In this document: one piece after another, positions 36,544 to 41,611 of the stretch
Layout of the letters: every line of letters begins with the position of its first letter
How positions within the stretch are numbered: the stretch's first letter is position 1
Virus record (IMG/VR): IMGVR_UViG_2541047801_000004
Span: 1 to 41,611 of that record
Length of the DNA stretch: 41,611 nt
Reading direction: 5' to 3' (one strand)
Source: a virus
Taxonomy: Duplodnaviria > Heunggongvirae > Uroviricota > Caudoviricetes
Translations under genes and position numbers: made by a program
Notes under the pieces: generated by a model
Databases searched by the model: none
Told to the model about the DNA's origin: nothing
The model's input: only the letters and a program-made list of their open reading frames with translations

Positions 36544-36570
36544 TTGACATCAAACCAGATACGCATAATT
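36544..36570 (+). promoter_or_regulatory. PL-like early-left promoter (-35 TTGACA, -10 ATAATT) bracketed by operator dyads
   Basis: TTGACA at 36544-36549 and ATAATT at 36565-36570 (15-bp spacer, suboptimal); operator sites at 36509 and 36571. Confidence 0.4.
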
Positions 36571-36587
36571 ATTACCTCAACGGTAAC
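36571..36587. promoter_or_regulatory. operator-like 17-bp dyad (ATTACC TCAAC GGTAAC)
   Basis: Overlaps the predicted transcription start of the PL-like promoter. Confidence 0.45.
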
Positions 36588-36605
36588 AGACCGAGGTAAC
36601 AAGTT

Positions 36606-36761
36606 ATGCAGTGGAAAATCATCAACGGTTGGTACTGCGTTACTGCATGCGGATTCATGAGCTGGAAGTTCCGCACCTTACAGGAAGGCATTAAGTGGGC
36701 TTTCGTCAGCAAAGAAGCTCTCGATGTAGCCAACGATAACGAGATATGGGAGGGCTGATAA
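36606..36761 (+). CDS. small ORF (51 aa), first gene of the early-left operon
   Basis: GAGGT RBS; stop overlaps the next start; below the ORF-track size cutoff. Confidence 0.3.
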
Positions 36762-37060
36762 TGAACGTTAATCAGCAGAAAAATCTTCAAAAAATCATGC
36801 TGGCATTCGACAAGGACTACCGCCTGTCAGAACAGCTATATGACCGACAAGTTGAACTGATTGAGAGCATCCGACTTCATCAACTGTCCTCAACTTTCGA
36901 CGTTGTAACAGGCAAAGGCGTTCGTCAAGAAGTACTGGAGGCTGCTAAAGACAGCCCTGAGTTCGAAGAACTGATGGATGCCTATCGGCGAGAGGCAATG
37001 GCAATTATCGCCCGCTGGGATCTGGCGGATCAGCTTGATGGACAGAGGGACGCGGCATGA
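36761..37060 (+). CDS. hypothetical protein
   Basis: ATG 36761 (MNVNQQKN...); 99 aa; upstream of the exonuclease with ATGA overlap. Confidence 0.45.
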   Translation: MNVNQQKNLQKIMLAFDKDYRLSEQLYDRQVELIESIRLHQLSSTFDVVTGKGVRQEVLEAAKDSPEFEELMDAYRREAMAIIARWDLADQLDGQRDAA

Positions 37061-37878
37061 AACCGGGAATTTATTTCGACATCAGCAACGAAGACTACCA
37101 CGCCGGTGACGGCGTGAGTAAGTCGCAACTGGACATGGTTGCCAAGAATCCGGCGCTTCTTAAATGGGTTCAGGCAGCACCAGAAGACGAAGAGAAAAAG
37201 TCTGCACTGGATATGGGAACCGCATTGCACTGTCTGCTTCTGGAGCCTGGAGAGTTCGACAAACGCTTCATTGTTTCACCGAAATTCGATCGTCGGACGA
37301 AACAAGGTAAAGCTGACGAAGAGGCATTTCTTCGTGATGTGGCGGATATGGTGATTACGGTACTTGATGCCGAGCAGTGGCGGAAACTGGAGCTGATGCG
37401 TGATAGCGCAATGGCTCATCCGGCGGCACGCTGGATGTTGGAAGCACCTGGTTACTGCGAAGCATCAATGTACTGGAACGATGAAGAGACGGGTGAGTTG
37501 TGCCGAATTCGTCCAGACAAATGGCTGAACGAGCACAACGTGATCGTCGACGTGAAAAAGGTTGCAGATATGGACCGTTTTGCACGCCACATCGAGGAAT
37601 TCCGCTACCACGTGCAGGACGCAATGTACCGCGAAGGCGCAATGAGGGTTACTGGTCAGCCGCATGGTTTTTTCTTTCTTGCCGTGAGCGAAAGCATTGA
37701 TTGTGGTCGGTATCCGGTACGCGTGTTCGAGCTGGATGCGCAGGATGTCGATGCCGGGCGCGCTCTGTTCCGCCGGGATCTGAATACCTATCACGAATGC
37801 CGCATCAATGATGAATGGGGCGGTGTGGAAATCATTAAACGCCCTGAGTGGGCACGCAAACAGGATATGTACATATGA
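37057..37878 (+). CDS. PD-(D/E)xK recombination exonuclease (RecE/YqaJ-like)
   Basis: IVDVKK (D-x-K) and YHVQDAMY (QxxxY) motifs; immediately upstream of RecT with overlapping stop/start. Confidence 0.65.
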   Translation: MKPGIYFDISNEDYHAGDGVSKSQLDMVAKNPALLKWVQAAPEDEEKKSALDMGTALHCLLLEPGEFDKRFIVSPKFDRRTKQGKADEEAFLRDVADMVITVLDAEQWRKLELMRDSAMAHPAARWMLEAPGYCEASMYWNDEETGELCRIRPDKWLNEHNVIVDVKKVADMDRFARHIEEFRYHVQDAMYREGAMRVTGQPHGFFFLAVSESIDCGRYPVRVFELDAQDVDAGRALFRRDLNTYHECRINDEWGGVEIIKRPEWARKQDMYI

Positions 37879-38816
37879 GCAACGACATCGCAAACATCAA
37901 CACACCAGTAGACACAGCAATCGCTGGAACTGCTGCAACTATTTTCAGCCCAGACGGCTTGAACCAACTGATGAAATTCGCCGAGGTAATGGCGCAAAGC
38001 CGCGTAACGGTACCGGCGCACCTCGCCGGGAAACCAGCTGATTGCATGGCCGTGGCAATGCAGGCTGCGCAGTGGGGAATGAACCCGTTTGCCGTGGCTC
38101 AGAAAACCCATGTTGTGAACGGCACGCTAGGTTATGAAGCCCAATTAGTAAACGCAGTTATCTCAACAATGTCGCCAACAAAAGATCGCATCAACTACGA
38201 GTGGTTCGGGCCGTGGGAACGCGTGATCGGTAAGTTTGTTGAGAAAACATCCAAAAACGGCAATCCGTATATCGCACCAGGCTGGACTCTAAAAGACGAA
38301 GAAGGTTGCGGTGTTCGCGTATGGGCAACCATGAAGGGCGAGGATCAACCTCGAGTGCTTGAGTTAATGCTGTCTCAAGCACAGGTAAGAAACTCCACAC
38401 TTTGGGCCAGTGATCCGAAACAACAACTCGCATACCTTGCAACAAAACGCTGGTCTCGCTTGCACTGTCCTGACGTAATCATGGGCGTCTACACACCAGA
38501 CGAATTACAGGAAACGGCACCGCGCGTTGAGCGAGACATTACTCCGCAAACGACCACTGCTGCGGGAATGAACAGTCTGATCAACGCTAAACAAGTGAAA
38601 AAGCCTGATGAGCAAACGCGTAAAGCGGATAGCCGTGATCCAGAAGAAATGCTAATGGCCTTTACCAGCGCAGCGATGAATTACAGCACTGTCTCCGAAC
38701 TGGATAAAGCTTACAAATACATTGCACAAAAACTTTCAGATGATGACGAACTGCTGGCAAAAGCCACCGACGTTTACAGCGTTCGTCGGGAAGAATTAAA
38801 CGAAACATCTATGTAA
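37875..38816 (+). CDS. recT: RecT-family single-strand annealing recombinase
   Basis: ATG 37875 (MSNDIANINTP...); RecT-like core as recalled; paired with the exonuclease. Confidence 0.7.
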   Translation: MSNDIANINTPVDTAIAGTAATIFSPDGLNQLMKFAEVMAQSRVTVPAHLAGKPADCMAVAMQAAQWGMNPFAVAQKTHVVNGTLGYEAQLVNAVISTMSPTKDRINYEWFGPWERVIGKFVEKTSKNGNPYIAPGWTLKDEEGCGVRVWATMKGEDQPRVLELMLSQAQVRNSTLWASDPKQQLAYLATKRWSRLHCPDVIMGVYTPDELQETAPRVERDITPQTTTAAGMNSLINAKQVKKPDEQTRKADSRDPEEMLMAFTSAAMNYSTVSELDKAYKYIAQKLSDDDELLAKATDVYSVRREELNETSM

Positions 38817-38865
38817 CCACCACCGCGGCGCCACGCGCGCCGCACTGCAACCAAGAGAGGTATTT

Positions 38866-39114
38866 ATGAAAGGTGCATTAGGTAAGAAGGAACTCCTGGC
38901 GGTGGTGCCACTGTCATGGAGCACTATCGACCGTATGGAGCGCGCAGGGGAATTTCCTAAACGCTGGTATATCACCGATAAACGCTGCGCATGGAACCGT
39001 GATGAAGTTGAGCGTTGGCTTGATGAACGTCAGGCAGCAAGTCCAGCAGAGTTCCAGGGTAAAAAGCCTCCTGTTCAGCAACGTGTATATCGTCCTGTGA
39101 GCAACGCTGCATGA
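38866..39114 (+). CDS. AlpA-family excisionase/regulator
   Basis: 82 aa; motif LLAVVPLSWSTIDRMERAGEFPK...WNRDEVERWL typical of AlpA-type HTH proteins. Confidence 0.65.
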   Translation: MKGALGKKELLAVVPLSWSTIDRMERAGEFPKRWYITDKRCAWNRDEVERWLDERQAASPAEFQGKKPPVQQRVYRPVSNAA

Positions 39115-39223
39115 GTGTGCTGCTAAGGCACTGGAGCAAATGGTCAGGATGGTACTTATTCCTGGCCTCTGTTTCAGCATGGCTTTATCTGCTGGCATTA
39201 ATTTTCAGAGAGGGTTGGATTAA

Positions 39224-39523
39224 GTGAGAAAGTTAAGCCGACTTGAAAAATATCACATGAATAAGGTTTCAATGCGCAGTCCGTCAAAGATTGTCGCCGT
39301 TACTCCTGCGGCGATAGAGATCGAAAAACGCGCGATTGAAAGAGAGAAAAAAGGGCAGTTCCTCATTGCCGCTCACCTTTGGCTTCAGTGTATGGATGTT
39401 GCTTCTGGTGATGTTGAGCGTGCAAGGATCGCGGTTCGCAGGGACCAATGTATCACAAAAGGTAACGGCCTTCGCCGTGGCGACTATAGCGGCATAGGAT
39501 GTTGTGGTGTGGTTTATGACTAA
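39224..39523 (+). CDS. hypothetical protein
   Basis: GTG 39224 with GAGGG RBS, or ATG 39257; stop overlaps the methyltransferase start. Confidence 0.35.
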   Translation: MRKLSRLEKYHMNKVSMRSPSKIVAVTPAAIEIEKRAIEREKKGQFLIAAHLWLQCMDVASGDVERARIAVRRDQCITKGNGLRRGDYSGIGCCGVVYD

Positions 39524-40166
39524 GAAATACACACTAATCTATGCAGATCCACCCTGGGTATACCGGGACAAAGCCGCAGATGGTAATCGCGGTGCCGGTT
39601 TTAAATATCCGGTTATGAGTGTGCTGGATATCTGCCGCCTTCCTGTGTGGGATTTGGCCGATGAAAACTGTCTGTTGGCCATGTGGTGGGTGCCAACACA
39701 ACCACTCGAAGCACTAAAAGTTGTTGAAGCCTGGGGATTTCGTCTGATGACGATGAAGGGCTTCACGTGGATAAAATGTGGTAGTCGACAACCAGATAAA
39801 CTGGTTATGGGTATGGGACACATGACTCGCGCCAATAGTGAAGATTGCCTGTTTGCAGTAAAGGGAAAACTACCTCCACGCATTAATGCAGGGATCGTTC
39901 AGTCATTTACCGCACCGCGGCTTGAGCATTCAAGAAAACCAGATGTCGTTCGTGAAAAACTTGTGCAATTGTTAGGCGATGTTTCTCGCATTGAACTGTT
40001 CGCCCGCCAGTCGTCTCATGGCTTCGATGTTTGGGGTAATCAGTGCGAAGACCCGGCAGTGCAACTACACCCTGGATACGTGTTGGATATTGCCAGATTA
40101 ACAAATGCATTCAGCAATGCTCCGCTGTCACCAACAGACAACCAGGGACGGGAGCGTGCAGCATGA
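39516..40166 (+). CDS. MT-A70-family DNA N6-adenine methyltransferase (orphan)
   Basis: IYADPPW motif near the N-terminus; about 216 aa; no adjacent restriction gene. Confidence 0.7.
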   Translation: MTKKYTLIYADPPWVYRDKAADGNRGAGFKYPVMSVLDICRLPVWDLADENCLLAMWWVPTQPLEALKVVEAWGFRLMTMKGFTWIKCGSRQPDKLVMGMGHMTRANSEDCLFAVKGKLPPRINAGIVQSFTAPRLEHSRKPDVVREKLVQLLGDVSRIELFARQSSHGFDVWGNQCEDPAVQLHPGYVLDIARLTNAFSNAPLSPTDNQGRERAA

Positions 40167-40357
40167 ACAGGGCATCACCAGCAGATTTAAGGAAATGCCT
40201 TGAAACTGCATACATGCTTGCACACAGCGGGATCAGGTTTGTTCCAATTCCCGCTGTCACTGATGCTGAATTTGCAACACTGTCAGCAATATTCACAGGT
40301 AAAATTGAATCACTGGCAGCAGAAGCCGAGATGGAAGAAAATCAGCAGAATAATTAA
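40163..40357 (+). CDS. hypothetical small protein (64 aa)
   Basis: ATG 40163 overlaps the methyltransferase stop; convergent with the integrase. Confidence 0.4.
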   Translation: MNRASPADLRKCLETAYMLAHSGIRFVPIPAVTDAEFATLSAIFTGKIESLAAEAEMEENQQNN

Positions 40358-40360
40358 ACG

Positions 40361-41611
40361 TTATTCCCCCGCCATCCACTTCTCAAACTTCGACGGGGAG
40401 AACGGAATCAGATCCGTATGCTCCCCGTTAATCCAGGAATCAATCATATCGGCCCACTGCTGCAACATGTAGGCGCGCTGTCTGGCGTATTCCGCTTTGT
40501 TATATACGGCGCGCACACCTTTCTGCTCATGTGCCAGAGCCTTTTCAATCCAGTCTGAAGGATAACCAGCCTCATGCAACAACGTACTGGCTGTACGGCG
40601 CATATCATGTACAGTGAAGTCCTGAATATGCTCACCATCTTCATTTATTATTTTCACCGTTCTGTCGATCAGAGAGTTCAGCGCGGCATTAGATAATGGC
40701 TTCCGGAAATTGTAACGACCAGGAACCAGATATTCACTTCCACCAGCGCACATCTGCAACCCGACCAATATATCCTGTGCCTGTTTAGGCAGGTAAATAA
40801 CGTGCGCCCGGCTTCCCTTCATGCGGTCTGAAGGAATTGTCCATGTCCATTTTTTAAAATCTATTTCGTCCCACGTTGCATTGGTGAATTCGCCTTTACG
40901 AACCATAGTGATAAGCACCAGCTTTAAAGCCATTTTCATAGTGCCCATAGCACCAATGGCATCCAGCGTGCGGAAGAACAGGCCAATTTCTTCTGGTGTC
41001 AGTGTTCGCTCTCGTGGTTTAAATATGGCGATAGCCGAAGGTTTAATGTCAGCCGCAGGATTAAACAAACCATGACCACGGTCATTGGCGTGACGGTATA
41101 CGCTGCTGATGATCTCCCTGGCCTGTACTGCTGTTGCCCGACCACCGCGTTCGACAATCCGGTCACACAAATCACGAACCATCGATGTGGTAATTTCAGC
41201 CATCATTTTGTTGCCAAGAACCGGAAGTATGTCACGGTCGATCACCGCCTGCTTCATTGCGCGGGTACTGTCAGCCAGGATGACGTGTTTCATATAACTG
41301 TCGGTATGTACCGCAAACGTCTCGGCACCACGAATCTTTTTGATACCGTCACGTTTAGCTGCAGCCGGCGACTGGCCTGCTTTAAGCAGCTTCTTTGCAG
41401 CAATCAGTTCTTCTCGCGCTTCTGCCAGGCTGATACCGTCACGCCCATACTGCCCGATTACCAGTGTTTCGCGGCGACCGTTGATACGGTAGTCATAGCG
41501 AAACGAGACCGTACCTGACGTAAGCACAGCTACATACAGCCCGTCACGATCGGAAACTTTGTACAGTTTGTCCTGTGGCTTGAGGTTCTTTAATTTTGTA
41601 TCGGTAAGCAC
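40361..41611 (-). CDS. int: tyrosine site-specific integrase (P4-like), start at the window edge
   Basis: 416 aa; N-terminal DUF4102-like arm-binding region (KLKNLKPQDKLYKVSDRDGLYVAV); C-terminal catalytic region with R...H..R...Y context (VHDMRRTASTLL...ALAHEQKGVRAVYNKAEY); GTG start at 41611. Confidence 0.85.
   Translation of the reverse strand: MLTDTKLKNLKPQDKLYKVSDRDGLYVAVLTSGTVSFRYDYRINGRRETLVIGQYGRDGISLAEAREELIAAKKLLKAGQSPAAAKRDGIKKIRGAETFAVHTDSYMKHVILADSTRAMKQAVIDRDILPVLGNKMMAEITTSMVRDLCDRIVERGGRATAVQAREIISSVYRHANDRGHGLFNPAADIKPSAIAIFKPRERTLTPEEIGLFFRTLDAIGAMGTMKMALKLVLITMVRKGEFTNATWDEIDFKKWTWTIPSDRMKGSRAHVIYLPKQAQDILVGLQMCAGGSEYLVPGRYNFRKPLSNAALNSLIDRTVKIINEDGEHIQDFTVHDMRRTASTLLHEAGYPSDWIEKALAHEQKGVRAVYNKAEYARQRAYMLQQWADMIDSWINGEHTDLIPFSPSKFEKWMAGE

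Noticed and set aside
1-41611. CRISPR array or other long tandem repeat array
   Set aside because: No regularly spaced direct repeats with unique spacers were seen; the only tandem repeats are the origin iterons in the O gene

Overview
The window reads as one almost complete temperate prophage of enterobacterial type (about 3.2-41.6 kb) plus an AT-rich cargo segment at the left edge (1-3.2 kb). Right edge: P4-type tyrosine integrase (40361-41611, -). Moving left: a plus-strand early-left operon (small ORFs, RecE-like exonuclease, RecT, AlpA-like excisionase, MT-A70 adenine methyltransferase); an immunity region with a dual-HTH repressor lacking any LexA-like autocleavage domain, divergent from a Cro-like gene; lambda-like O and P replication genes with origin iterons inside O; small nin-like genes; then a roughly 27 kb minus-strand late region (terS, terL, portal, scaffold, major capsid, T7-like tail tubular A/B, internal virion proteins, lipoprotein, tailspike, holin/endolysin/Rz/Rz1). 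The gene order (T7-like structural module, lysis cassette after the tailspike) resembles epsilon15/phiV10-type podoviruses; that attribution is from memory, not a search. Two plus-strand modules interrupt the late region: a tRNA-Arg(TCT) plus a low-GC moron ORF between terL and portal, and an antirepressor module between the ejection genes and the tailspike. The most notable signals are (i) a near-consensus LexA box directly upstream of a small paralogue of the Ant C-terminal domain, suggesting SOS-controlled antirepression of a non-cleavable repressor; (ii) a 17-bp dyad ATTACC-N5-GGTAAT present at 14 intergenic positions; (iii) a 12-bp perfect palindrome GTGACATGTCAC at three gene ends; (iv) an apparent roughly 16-nt deletion/frameshift near the 5' end of the tailspike gene; and (v) left-end cargo encoding an ABC-ATPase/Toprim (OLD-like) protein and a membrane-anchored receiver-domain protein separated by an IS remnant, a candidate defence module. 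All functional calls rest on motif recognition and gene order; no database search was possible.
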